A DNA stretch of 64,000 bases, taken from the sequence record LR756508.1. One strand, given 5' to 3'. The position numbers and the translations under genes were made by a program. Within the stretch, counting starts at the first letter, position 1, and every line of letters starts with the position of its first letter. The notes below the pieces were generated by a model, which worked only from the letters and a program-made list of their open reading frames with translations, searched no databases and was not told the origin of the DNA. Positions 10,491 through 18,832 of the stretch are shown here, piece by piece.

Positions 10491-11051
10491 ATGTCAATTG
10501 TATTTTGGCTTGTTATATCTATTCCATTTCTCTTCGTTATAGCTCCATACATTTATCGAAACTATAAAGAATTTAAAATCTTACTCTACAAGTCGAGGCT
10601 AAAAGGTAGCATGCCTCACAAATTGGTTGATAACTTGATTCAATGGGAAGATGGAGACCAGATTCTTTTGAAAGAACATAAGCTATATGAAGACCCATCG
10701 ACTTGGACACTTTATTATAGGGGCGTAACCGACCAGAAAGAATTTGTTTTTTCAAAACGTTCCTATAAAGGAAGTAATTTAAGAAAGATGGACATAGGAG
10801 AGTTTCTTGGACGTTATGAGTACGAAAATACCGACTTGAAAAGCAGGCAGGAGTCCGAGAAAAACATAAAAGAAGAGCTTGAAAACTCACAGTATAATAA
10901 ATTCTTGAAGCAGACCAAAAAAGAACTTGAAAAGATCGAAAAAGAGTGGAAGAACCGGAGCCATCGAAAGGATGAAGACGTTCTTGAGTTCGAAAAAAAC
11001 AATCAGTTAGAAAATTCAAATGCAAACCAAAAAACAAAAGTCAAGTCCTAA
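10491..11051 (+). CDS. membrane-anchored hypothetical protein, paralog of 24950..25606
   Basis: N-terminal TM; shares IQWEDGD / IHWQSGD and L.NSQY..FL. Confidence 0.7.
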   Translation: MSIVFWLVISIPFLFVIAPYIYRNYKEFKILLYKSRLKGSMPHKLVDNLIQWEDGDQILLKEHKLYEDPSTWTLYYRGVTDQKEFVFSKRSYKGSNLRKMDIGEFLGRYEYENTDLKSRQESEKNIKEELENSQYNKFLKQTKKELEKIEKEWKNRSHRKDEDVLEFEKNNQLENSNANQKTKVKS

Positions 11052-11053
11052 TC

Positions 11054-11530
11054 ATGGATAAAAAAGTTTTACTTAAAAAGGTTGATGAAAAAGATGAATA
11101 TCATATCTTTGACATTGAAAAAAATGATGAAAAGAAAACGTTCGATGAAGCAGTGAGTGAAGACCTACTATACATCGACAGCGAGGGCAAAGTTCGGGTC
11201 ACTGAAAATGGACGTGATTTCATTGATGACAGACAAGATCAACCTAATAAACCTCAAGATGTTGCTCCCGACGTTACCCCTGGCTTCTCGGACTATTTTG
11301 ATGCACACAACTCAAAGCTGGATGCGGAAGAAGCTTTGGAAGACCTCCGAAACCTGGCAGAAGAGACGCCAATCAACAAAGAGCTTGAATCTGACGCCCG
11401 AATGGCGTATTCGTTCGCCAAAGATGCAGAACTATCTTACAAAGAAAAGCAAAGAATTTATCGATTAGTTAATGACGTGCGATTTCTAGCACGTAAACTC
11501 AATGAATTCTCTGAACCAAAAAACATTTAA
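11054..11530 (+). CDS. hypothetical protein
   Basis: 158-aa acidic ORF. Confidence 0.65.
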   Translation: MDKKVLLKKVDEKDEYHIFDIEKNDEKKTFDEAVSEDLLYIDSEGKVRVTENGRDFIDDRQDQPNKPQDVAPDVTPGFSDYFDAHNSKLDAEEALEDLRNLAEETPINKELESDARMAYSFAKDAELSYKEKQRIYRLVNDVRFLARKLNEFSEPKNI

Positions 11531-11541
11531 CACGATAAAAC

Positions 11542-11763
11542 ATGGCTGACAAGATTACCAAAGAAGGACATGTAGTTAAGGTTCATCCGAACTCTCAGTA
11601 CAAAGTCGAGTTGGATAACGGAAAAGAAGCTACTGGCCACCTCTGTGGAACAATGAAGCAGCACAACATTAATGTCATGGTTGGAGATCGAGTTGAAATC
11701 GATCTTTCGCCCTACGACCTCTCCCGAGGAATTATCCAGCGCCGAATCTCTGATGACGATTAA
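11542..11763 (+). CDS. infA: translation initiation factor IF-1
   Basis: EGHVVKVHPNSQYKVELDNG..GHLCGTMKQHNINVMVGDRVEIDLSPYDLSRGII. Confidence 0.92.
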   Translation: MADKITKEGHVVKVHPNSQYKVELDNGKEATGHLCGTMKQHNINVMVGDRVEIDLSPYDLSRGIIQRRISDDD

Positions 11764-11774
11764 TAAAAACTACT

Positions 11775-12035
11775 ATGAGTGAAAAAGATTTGGAAGATAA
11801 ACTTATTGATCTCTTGAGTTTCGTCCCCCACCGAACTCCAGAAAGCGTATACGATGGAGAAGAGATTGAAGATAATGCTCCACTTTTCTCGGAAGCTTAC
11901 CTGTATCACTTTTTAGGAAAACAAGAAGCAAGAATTGTATTAGGACTAATCAATTCAATCGCTAAGGAGACTAGTAATACTCGTAGAGAACTCATGAAGG
12001 AAGCTCGTCGTAGAAAAAATGCAGGATCCTCATAA
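11775..12035 (+). CDS. hypothetical protein
   Basis: 86-aa ORF. Confidence 0.6.
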   Translation: MSEKDLEDKLIDLLSFVPHRTPESVYDGEEIEDNAPLFSEAYLYHFLGKQEARIVLGLINSIAKETSNTRRELMKEARRRKNAGSS

Positions 12036-12108
12036 AAAAAAACTAAAGATATTGTAATTTTCATTTCCTCAAATTCACCAGAAATTTTAAGAAATATAGT
12101 ATACGTTA

Positions 12109-12303
12109 ATGAGATCTTTTCTCTATGAGTGGCGCGAACTAATTCTCCTTGGAGTGCTGACCTGGTTTGTTTTGTCATATACTCCTGCTTGGCTTAGTTC
12201 AAACAGTAATTTGTTATGCACTTTGGCTTTAGTCATCCCTCTTGCTATTGGTTTGATCATTTATCATTTTGCTTCTGAGAAGGGACTGACTGATGAGACT
12301 TAA
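12109..12303 (+). CDS. small 2-TM membrane protein
   Basis: Two hydrophobic segments. Confidence 0.55.
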   Translation: MRSFLYEWRELILLGVLTWFVLSYTPAWLSSNSNLLCTLALVIPLAIGLIIYHFASEKGLTDET

Positions 12304-12377
12304 CAGATAACATGAAGAGTTAGAAATAAACTATTCATTAACTTATCACTAACTTTAAATTAACAAATATTAGTTCA

Positions 12378-13274
12378 ATGAAAAAGGTTACGATTGGAAT
12401 TGGAGTTCTCGTTTTTCTTATTCTTTTTATCCTCCCTTGGGGATGCACGAGAGTTGATCAGGGGTTTAGGGCAGCAAAAGTTGATCTTATGGCTTCAGGA
12501 AAGGGAAGTGTTCAAGAGATTGGTCCTGGCCGAACGTTTTACGTCCCATGGCGAACCGATGTAGTTCCACTTCCAGTTCATATTCAGAGATATGCTTACG
12601 TGGCTGACAAAAATGAGGAGGCTGCTCAAGACCAAAGTATAAACGCAGTTTCTTCCGACAACCTCACTTTTAAAGTTGGAGTAGCATTGCACTATAAGGT
12701 CAATTCTTTGAATGGCTGTATCACTCGAATTTACCGAGAGTATAAAATTCAAAATTTCCGAAATTTTTCTCAGCAACAAATGCGTGATATTGTGCGCAGC
12801 AGTGTGAGAAACGTGTACAGCCAGTATGAAGCTACTCAGATATATGGGGAAATGCAACCTATCGTAATGGAGGAAGTCACGAATAGGGTAACAAAGGTTG
12901 TCTCGCAGAGAGTTTCGGTTGACGGACAGTCGTGCTTGATCGTAGATAATGTTAGTATTGTGGATATTGATCCTCCAAATGCCGTCAAGAAAGCTGTTCA
13001 GCGGAAGATGGAGGCTCAACAACGAGCACAAGAGGAGCAGTCAAACCTGCGCAGAGCTAAAATTGCTGCTAGAAAAGACAGTGTGAAAGCTTCGCAGCAG
13101 GCAGAGAACAATCGAATGATTCGGCAAAGCGTAACACCTGAACTAATCGAATGGAAGAAGATGCAGAACCAGATGGAGATCCTCCGAAAGAAGTGGGATG
13201 GCACTCTTCCTATGGTTCAAGGTGGCGGACAAGGTTTCATGTTTGATATGAGTGGCATCCAGAATAATCAGTAA
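12378..13274 (+). CDS. SPFH/band-7 (prohibitin-like) protein
   Basis: N-terminal TM, SSDNL..V.VAL.Y, IDPPNAVKKAVQRK coiled coil, KKWDGTLP. Confidence 0.88.
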   Translation: MKKVTIGIGVLVFLILFILPWGCTRVDQGFRAAKVDLMASGKGSVQEIGPGRTFYVPWRTDVVPLPVHIQRYAYVADKNEEAAQDQSINAVSSDNLTFKVGVALHYKVNSLNGCITRIYREYKIQNFRNFSQQQMRDIVRSSVRNVYSQYEATQIYGEMQPIVMEEVTNRVTKVVSQRVSVDGQSCLIVDNVSIVDIDPPNAVKKAVQRKMEAQQRAQEEQSNLRRAKIAARKDSVKASQQAENNRMIRQSVTPELIEWKKMQNQMEILRKKWDGTLPMVQGGGQGFMFDMSGIQNNQ

Positions 13275-13343
13275 ATGATCTTCACTTTAAGAGGTTATCA
13301 CATAAACTAAATTAATCGAAATCATTAGGAGTAGTTCAGCTAA

Positions 13344-13532
13344 ATGCATTTAAATCTAACAAACAAAACCTCTACAGTTCACTTGGGAAAAGATGAATGT
13401 TGGAAATGTAAAGGGACTGGAGAAACATTAGTTTCTAAACTTCAAATACAAAACACTGTCAGCTTTGATGAGGTACGTAAAACAAAAGAGTGTAGTAAGT
13501 GCGGAAGAACTGGAATGGTTCCGAAACGTTAA
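13344..13532 (+). CDS. small DnaJ-type zinc-finger protein
   Basis: CWKCKGTG and CSKCGRTG. Confidence 0.6.
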   Translation: MHLNLTNKTSTVHLGKDECWKCKGTGETLVSKLQIQNTVSFDEVRKTKECSKCGRTGMVPKR

Positions 13533-13547
13533 CAAACTGGATTTATT

Positions 13548-13772
13548 ATGTCTTTTCCATTTGATTTTGATCCTGAAAACTTTCAAATTCGAGAAGGAGT
13601 TCAGGGCGTTTGGCATTATCATCTTGCAAAAGGTGACAAATCAAATACTCTTTGTGGAGAACCCTCAATGAGCACAAAAGTTAGCATCTATCAATGGGGG
13701 AGTAAAAATCCTAGTCATATTCCTATTAGCTACTGTAGAGATTGCCAGAAAAAAGCCGTAAAACTTTCGTAG
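13548..13772 (+). CDS. hypothetical protein, possibly Zn-binding
   Basis: H..TLCG..CRDC. Confidence 0.6.
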   Translation: MSFPFDFDPENFQIREGVQGVWHYHLAKGDKSNTLCGEPSMSTKVSIYQWGSKNPSHIPISYCRDCQKKAVKLS

Positions 13773-13796
13773 GCTTGCTTAGAATTATCTTATAAT

Positions 13797-14063
13797 ATGC
13801 CTGTTTCCGAATACCTCGTTGTAAGTGATAAAAGCAACATAGTAGGTAAGGGGAATGGAGTCATTGAAGCCCTGCGGGATGCGGGTTTGAAAGTCACCGA
13901 AGCTGCTCTCTCGCCTGATGAGGGCTTACGAGATCCTAACAACTTTCTCGTCGCCCATGCCTCCAAGAAACTAGAAGAGAATGATATACAAAACGAGACA
14001 TTTGAAGTAAAGGTGGGCGAGGGACTAGGAGTAGGCAGCTATTTTAAACTCTATCCTCAGTAA
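13797..14063 (+). CDS. hypothetical protein
   Basis: 88-aa ORF. Confidence 0.6.
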   Translation: MPVSEYLVVSDKSNIVGKGNGVIEALRDAGLKVTEAALSPDEGLRDPNNFLVAHASKKLEENDIQNETFEVKVGEGLGVGSYFKLYPQ

Positions 14064-14156
14064 ATTGAAAGGAAATTCGTTTTCAGTCTTTGGTAGCAAA
14101 TTGAACTGATCTTAAAGTCAATAACGCTATATAATTAAGAGAAGCGTGGAAGTTCA

Positions 14157-14227
14157 TGCTTGGTAGCTCATTCTGGTTGAGCGTCGGCTCCTAAAGCCGA
14201 AGGTAGGTTCAATCCCTAACCGAGCAT
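14157..14227 (+). tRNA. tRNA with CTA anticodon (amber suppressor candidate; alternatively aberrant Arg-CCT)
   Basis: Acceptor TGCTTGG/CCGAGCA, D arm GCTC/GAGC, anticodon stem TCGGC/GCCGA around TCCTAAA, T arm GTAGG-TTCAATC-CCTAA; 2-nt variable region. Confidence 0.6.
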
Positions 14228-14232
14228 CATAA

Positions 14233-14324
14233 AAGCTGCGTACAGCAACCATTACCCTGGTTTCGTTGGTTCGAATCCAACCCAAAAAGAGCGGTGAAGC
14301 AAAACACCTAAAAAGCCGCAGCTT
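14233..14324 (+). ncRNA. clamp cassette A (degenerate permuted tRNA-like)
   Basis: AAGCTGCG/CGCAGCTT stem, TACAGCAA, T arm GTTGG-TTCGAAT-CCAAC placed before a GGTG/CACC hairpin. Confidence 0.7.
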
Positions 14325-14530
14325 GATATTCATTTCTTTTAAATCATTTCTCAAAAAAAATGAAAATGCCTGCAGGTCCAAGTCCTAAAGAGGTCAAATA
14401 TTCCAAAAAGGCTAATAAATATCTATGTGAAGAAAAAGAAAGCAATTTAAACTCTGAACCTCTCAACTTTGTAGACCTGCAGCTCTTCACTGAACAATTG
14501 GAGATTTTGAACAAAAAATATAAATAGCTC

Positions 14531-15229
14531 ATGTCACAAGACACATCTAACTTTTCATCTAGCTTAAAAAATCACTTCAATCCATTTACAGGCGTAGCAA
14601 AATTAGCTGCAGAGAAGATTGAAAGTATTGAAGGTTATACTGAAAAATCACCTTCAAAAATCAACGGGAGCTGGTATCAAGCAAAAACACACGTCATTGA
14701 TGAACCTAAAAACGATCAAGACGGTGATTTTATTGACAAGGTATTTTTAAACTTAGATCAGCATATCCAAGAAAATTTCCAAAACGAAAACATTTACGTT
14801 ACCGAAATTGACATTCAGTATGCACTTGCAAGTGAGAACGGCAGTGAGCCAGATTTTCAAAAGTTCGATGGCGTTATTGTTCGCCTGATTGTTGAAAATG
14901 ATGAATATAAAGCTGACCTGCAGGAAGTAGGATCTGTTTCTGACGTTGAAAACCTGCTTAGAGAGCACGACTCAAAACTCAAAGAAAAAAACGACTTTTC
15001 AATTGACGTAGGATATGGATTTGGAGAGTTGGGTCTCGATGAGCAGCTTGAAGATATAAAGGTTGATAATCAGTTGGGTTTTAAGGGTGATAGCTGGACC
15101 GGCTTCTATCTTGGGTTTCGTGCGAATGATGATGCAGACAGCTTGGAAGACGTATCTTCCATTGACTATGAACTTAAATCTAGAAAATTCGTTCGGGAAG
15201 ATGATGGTCAGGTCTACGAGGTAATATGA
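14531..15229 (+). CDS. hypothetical acidic protein
   Basis: 232-aa ORF. Confidence 0.7.
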   Translation: MSQDTSNFSSSLKNHFNPFTGVAKLAAEKIESIEGYTEKSPSKINGSWYQAKTHVIDEPKNDQDGDFIDKVFLNLDQHIQENFQNENIYVTEIDIQYALASENGSEPDFQKFDGVIVRLIVENDEYKADLQEVGSVSDVENLLREHDSKLKEKNDFSIDVGYGFGELGLDEQLEDIKVDNQLGFKGDSWTGFYLGFRANDDADSLEDVSSIDYELKSRKFVREDDGQVYEVI

Positions 15230-15452
15230 GGTTTATGTCAACGACTGAGTTGGTATAAAATTTTTTCTTTTTGAGAAAGAAGAAAACTATATGAACGAAG
15301 AGTGACCTGTGCTTTCCTTGGAGTTTCTAAAGATACAAATAGTATTAAAGAAAAGTGTAAGACTCTCAGAAAAAAATAAAATTGAAGCTACGAGAGACAG
15401 TATTTAAATCAATGACTGTTAGGTGTTGAAATGTAACTTAGACTGAAATAAA

Positions 15453-15803
15453 ATGGGGACTCCTAAAGGGTATAAAGTTCATAAGTTGTATAAGCTGAAT
15501 GGCAGTGAAATTGAATCAGTCAAAATCGAGTTTGACGAGAGAAATAAACACCTGTACAATTTCGCAGTTTCTCATCCCGAGTATTTCGCCCAAGAACCAA
15601 TATCTGTAAAAGATGATAACCATCCTCACGGTCTAATCGCTGCGACATCCTTTTCTGAAAAAGCAGAAACTCTGATTCGCTCAAGACAAAGTATCTCATT
15701 TCAAGAAAATCCTTTTAAGATTCTAAAAGAAAATAAGGATTTGATAATACTCTTTCTTTCAGGGATTGTTTGTGCAGTTCTCTCATTATACTTCATATTT
15801 TGA
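15453..15803 (+). CDS. hypothetical protein with C-terminal TM
   Basis: 116-aa ORF. Confidence 0.6.
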   Translation: MGTPKGYKVHKLYKLNGSEIESVKIEFDERNKHLYNFAVSHPEYFAQEPISVKDDNHPHGLIAATSFSEKAETLIRSRQSISFQENPFKILKENKDLIILFLSGIVCAVLSLYFIF

Positions 15804-15868
15804 AGACTTCGATTCTATTCTAAGTCTTAATGTAGAACAGAGGATAGGAGAACAAATCAAAATCATAT

Positions 15869-16078
15869 ATGAGTTTTTATGTAAATGACTGGAATGCTCC
15901 TTTCGTATCTCTTTTAGAAAACGAGATAAAATACTTGAAGGAACGAATTAGGTTTCCATTTGGAGTTCCTCAGAATATAAACTCAATCGTTTTAAAATAT
16001 AAGGAATATAAGGAAGAAGGTAGAAGTGAAGCAATGAGGAATTATAGAAGAAATAAAAAGGCTGATCCATTATTTTGA
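15869..16078 (+). CDS. hypothetical protein
   Basis: 69-aa ORF. Confidence 0.5.
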   Translation: MSFYVNDWNAPFVSLLENEIKYLKERIRFPFGVPQNINSIVLKYKEYKEEGRSEAMRNYRRNKKADPLF

Positions 16079-16124
16079 GTGACAAAAATAGTATAACTTG
16101 TTTCTTTCTTTTAAATTGTGTAAC

Positions 16125-16661
16125 ATGTCTGAATACAAGTGCTACGAGTGCGAGGTTGGATTGGATAAACATGACTATTGTGAAGACTGGTTTGGATACA
16201 CTATGGACACTGGATATATTTGTCCTTCTTGTGGTACCCAATACGAGAAAAAAGAATACTCTGAATTGAAGAGAAGAGATAAAAAGGAAGTTTGTCTGGT
16301 TGGAAGTCAGCGGCTTCGTTTAAAACATTTGGACAGCTTCGAAATCAAAGTTCCGTGGAACACTTCCGATAAAATTGAGTTTGAAGGAGAGGTATTTAAG
16401 AAATCTAGTGAAAAAACTAAAGATGGACATTTCAAATATAAGCTAGTTGACAGTATCTACGAAACTCAGATCAGTATAAAAAACTTGGAATCTCGTTACA
16501 TTCGGAAAAATGTAAATCAAAACACTCCTCCAAATTTCCTCGATTGGGAAGCTCCACATTCAGATGTAAGGATTGAAAATGATTCAATCTGGTCCTTCTT
16601 AGGATCAGTTAGCCTTAACGATCTAAATGAACTGAACTACTTACATAGGTATGACAGATGA
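16125..16661 (+). CDS. hypothetical protein with N-terminal Zn ribbon
   Basis: CYEC..CPSC; ORF track starts at 16098. Confidence 0.65.
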   Translation: MSEYKCYECEVGLDKHDYCEDWFGYTMDTGYICPSCGTQYEKKEYSELKRRDKKEVCLVGSQRLRLKHLDSFEIKVPWNTSDKIEFEGEVFKKSSEKTKDGHFKYKLVDSIYETQISIKNLESRYIRKNVNQNTPPNFLDWEAPHSDVRIENDSIWSFLGSVSLNDLNELNYLHRYDR

Positions 16662-16950
16662 CAGTAGTTTGATGGATGAAATTGACGAAAACGTTCACGT
16701 GCCTGTTTTCAAAAAACGACTTATGCAGAGAAAGATGGCTTTTCTGCATCAAGTTGACGAGGCACTTGCGGAGAAAGATATGACCGAGAAAGAACTTTTA
16801 GAGTTTGTTGGAACTGGTAAGTCTAATATGGCAGAGCTTTTTAGTGCCGATTACGACCTTTCTCTAAGAGAAATCACTCAACTTGAGTCAGCCTTGGATG
16901 AAGACCTGTTTAAAGTTAAGCGGAATATCGGACTGGAAGACGATAGTTAA
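16651..16950 (+). CDS. XRE/Cro-type HTH protein
   Basis: LAEKDMTEKELLEFVGTGKSNMAELFS..LSLREITQLESALD. Confidence 0.6.
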   Translation: MTDDSSLMDEIDENVHVPVFKKRLMQRKMAFLHQVDEALAEKDMTEKELLEFVGTGKSNMAELFSADYDLSLREITQLESALDEDLFKVKRNIGLEDDS

Positions 16951-16969
16951 TATATATTAATAGAAAGCA

Positions 16970-17023
16970 AGGCTGCTAACAGCAATGTATTGGATTCCTC
17001 TGTAAAAGGAAAAAATGCAGTCT
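16970..17023 (+). ncRNA. clamp cassette B (isolated Tyr-GTA anticodon stem-loop)
   Basis: AGGCTGC/GCAGTCT stem, TAACAGCAA, TTCCT-CTGTAAA-AGGAA. Confidence 0.75.
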
Positions 17024-17093
17024 GATGATCTTTCAGGTTATATTACTTTTTCTTAAGAATATTTCTATTTGTTTTTAAATATTGTAAGACTGA

Positions 17094-17209
17094 AAGCTAC
17101 CTGCAGCAATTCTCTTACCTCCTCGTAAAGGGAGAGGTTATGGGTTCGAGTCCCATCGCGCTGGCTTTTGGCGCGTAGCTCAATTGGTAGAGCGCTAACT
17201 GAGTAGCTT
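17094..17209 (+). ncRNA. clamp cassette C (circularly permuted tRNA, anticodon GTA or CGT)
   Basis: AAGCTAC/GTAGCTT stem; order is anticodon arm, T arm ATGGG-TTCGAGT-CCCAT, acceptor 3' CGCGCTG, linker, acceptor 5' TGGCGCG, D arm GCTC-AATTGGTA-GAGC. Confidence 0.85.
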
Positions 17210-17229
17210 GATGAGGTCTTTTATTTTTA

Positions 17230-17339
17230 AGGCTGCTAACAGCAGAACTTCTTATTATGGAAGCAGAAACACGTAGGTTCAAATCCTACCACTAGTGTGT
17301 GGCCGAGTCTGGTTAAGCATCTGCATAAAAATGCAGCCT
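17230..17339 (+). ncRNA. clamp cassette D (tRNA-Pro-like, opened at anticodon loop, 3-bp acceptor)
   Basis: AGGCTGC/GCAGCCT stem; TGGAA-GCAGA, T arm GTAGG-TTCAAAT-CCTAC, CAC-TAGT-GTG, D arm, then TCTGC which pairs with GCAGA. Confidence 0.8.
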
Positions 17340-17348
17340 GATATATTG

Positions 17349-17432
17349 TGGGTGAAGGAGTGGGACGACCCGCTCGATGACGTTTTCTACTGAGTTTTCT
17401 CGGGAGGACGTCATTCCGTAAGGATAAGCTCA
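17349..17432 (+). ncRNA. candidate four-way-junction structured RNA
   Basis: GAGTGGG/CCCGCTC, ATGACGT/ACGTCAT, TCC-GTAA-GGA, closing TGGGT/GCTCA. Confidence 0.4.
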
Positions 17433-17437
17433 TGAAA

Positions 17438-17512
17438 GCGGCAGTAGTTCAGTTTGATCAGAACACCGCGATGCCACTGCGGAAGTCGTGAGTTTAAATC
17501 TCGCCTGCCGCT
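17438..17512 (+). tRNA. tRNA-Gly(GCC), atypical D and T loops
   Basis: GCGGCAG/CTGCCGC acceptor, CCGCG-ATGCCAC-TGCGG, T loop TTTAAAT. Confidence 0.8.
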
Positions 17513-17684
17513 CTTTTCTTACCTATTAAAGACAAAACAACATGAAATTAAAGTTTAACATTCGTAAGCCAAATTTGAGAGGCACTGACGAGCCAAGAAA
17601 AATCGACAGGAAAAATGTAGTTGCTGCCGAGTCTTCTTCGGCTTGTAGTAGAAAGAAAAAGAAAAAAGAAGATTCAAAACAAAA

Positions 17685-17759
17685 GCGTCGGTAGTTCAAT
17701 TTGTAGAACATCTGATCTTTCCGATCAGAAGGTTGGAGGTTCAAATCCTCCCCGTCGCT
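17685..17759 (+). tRNA. Arg-type tRNA body with a 9-nt anticodon loop (identity undetermined)
   Basis: GCGTCGG/CCGTCGC, TCTGA-TCTTTCCGA-TCAGA, GGAGG-TTCAAAT-CCTCC. Confidence 0.6.
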
Positions 17760-17851
17760 CATTTGAATAGTTTTTGTAGCTGTTTATCAATAGTATTAAA
17801 AATAAGTTTTTTTGATATGGAAATTGATGTAAGGTAAAGGAAGATGGTTCC

Positions 17852-18259
17852 GTGGAGGCTAAGTCATCCTTCAAGCAACTTCTTAGTAGAGAGAAAAACA
17901 AGAGCCTGCTATCTGCAGGTTTGAGTCAAAACGAGCTTCCGTTCCATTGGAAAATGGTTGAACTTCCAAGTTTTCTTTATGATGGTGAGCCATACACGGC
18001 TAGAGCAACAAGAATTGATGTTAATGGAAGTCTTCTTGACGATTTCTTTAATGTCCTAAAAAAAGAGGTAGCCGAGGAAGATCTTAATAAGGAAGTTAGA
18101 GGTGTCTATAGAAGCGTCTTGGATAGCGTGTGGGATGAAGTGACTGATAATCTTTCTGAGATGCACAGCGAAGATGAAATGATTGGCTTCTACGAATTTG
18201 ATCTGGCTGACGTGGATGGACAAAAGATTCTACTTCTGCGGTATGCCGTGATCGATTAA
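17852..18259 (+). CDS. hypothetical protein
   Basis: 135-aa ORF. Confidence 0.65.
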   Translation: MEAKSSFKQLLSREKNKSLLSAGLSQNELPFHWKMVELPSFLYDGEPYTARATRIDVNGSLLDDFFNVLKKEVAEEDLNKEVRGVYRSVLDSVWDEVTDNLSEMHSEDEMIGFYEFDLADVDGQKILLLRYAVID

Positions 18260-18320
18260 ATTTTTCTTCATGGAACAGTATGTATATTCACACATTGAGT
18301 TAGAGTGACTTTGATGGGTA

Positions 18321-18380
18321 AAACTGCTAACAGCAACGCTGATTTTTTACCTTATCATTCACCAGGTAAAAAAGCAGTTT
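18321..18380 (+). ncRNA. clamp cassette E (single 10-bp hairpin)
   Basis: AAACTGC/GCAGTTT stem, TAACAGCAA, TTTTTTACCT-TATCATTCACC-AGGTAAAAAA. Confidence 0.75.
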
Positions 18381-18415
18381 GATGATCCCAATTTTTTTTA
18401 AACAAGTTTAACCTT

Positions 18416-18495
18416 GGAGATATGATCTAGTCTAGTCTAGGATGCGAGTTTGTCAAACTCGATGTCCCGAGTGCAAATCTCGGTGTCTCCGCCAT
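18416..18495 (+). tRNA. tRNA-Asp(GTC), encoded CCA
   Basis: GGAGATA/TGTCTCC, CGAGT-TTGTCAA-ACTCG, T loop TGCAAAT, ends GCCA. Confidence 0.8.
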
Positions 18496-18760
18496 ATTAT
18501 GCACTTTGATAAACTTCGGACTTGGCATGCGAGCGTGCTTAAACCGAGGCACGAGAGGCTTCCGTAGAAGCCTTAGTAGGTTTCCAGTAACCCAAAACGT
18601 AGAGCCCTTTTTGTTAGTATTGTCTTAGAGAGGCAAGCGGCAATGAGAGGAATTCCCATACTGGAATCCTCCGACTGCGTTCCGAAAGGCAGGCCCTCTC
18701 GAAGGAGTGGGCGTACCAGAGCCTCCAGGCAAGAAAGTCAAAAAGGGAAAACTGGAATAA

Positions 18761-18832
18761 GAGGCAGTAGTTTAGCTGGCAAAACGTTTGGATGCCATCC
18801 AGAAGTCGCTGGATCATTTCCAGCCTGCTGCT
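18761..18832 (+). tRNA. tRNA-Gly(GCC), second degenerate copy
   Basis: GAGGCAG/CTGCTGC, TTTGG-ATGCCAT-CCAGA, T loop ATCATTT. Confidence 0.6.

Noticed and set aside
17022-17030. Hammerhead ribozyme or C/D box suggested by CTGATGA after cassette B
   Set aside because: No stem II followed by GAAA and no D box; only 3 of 6 copies have GATGA.
18496-18560. Theta/HDV-like ribozyme after tRNA-Asp
   Set aside because: Could not build the P1-P3 nested double pseudoknot.
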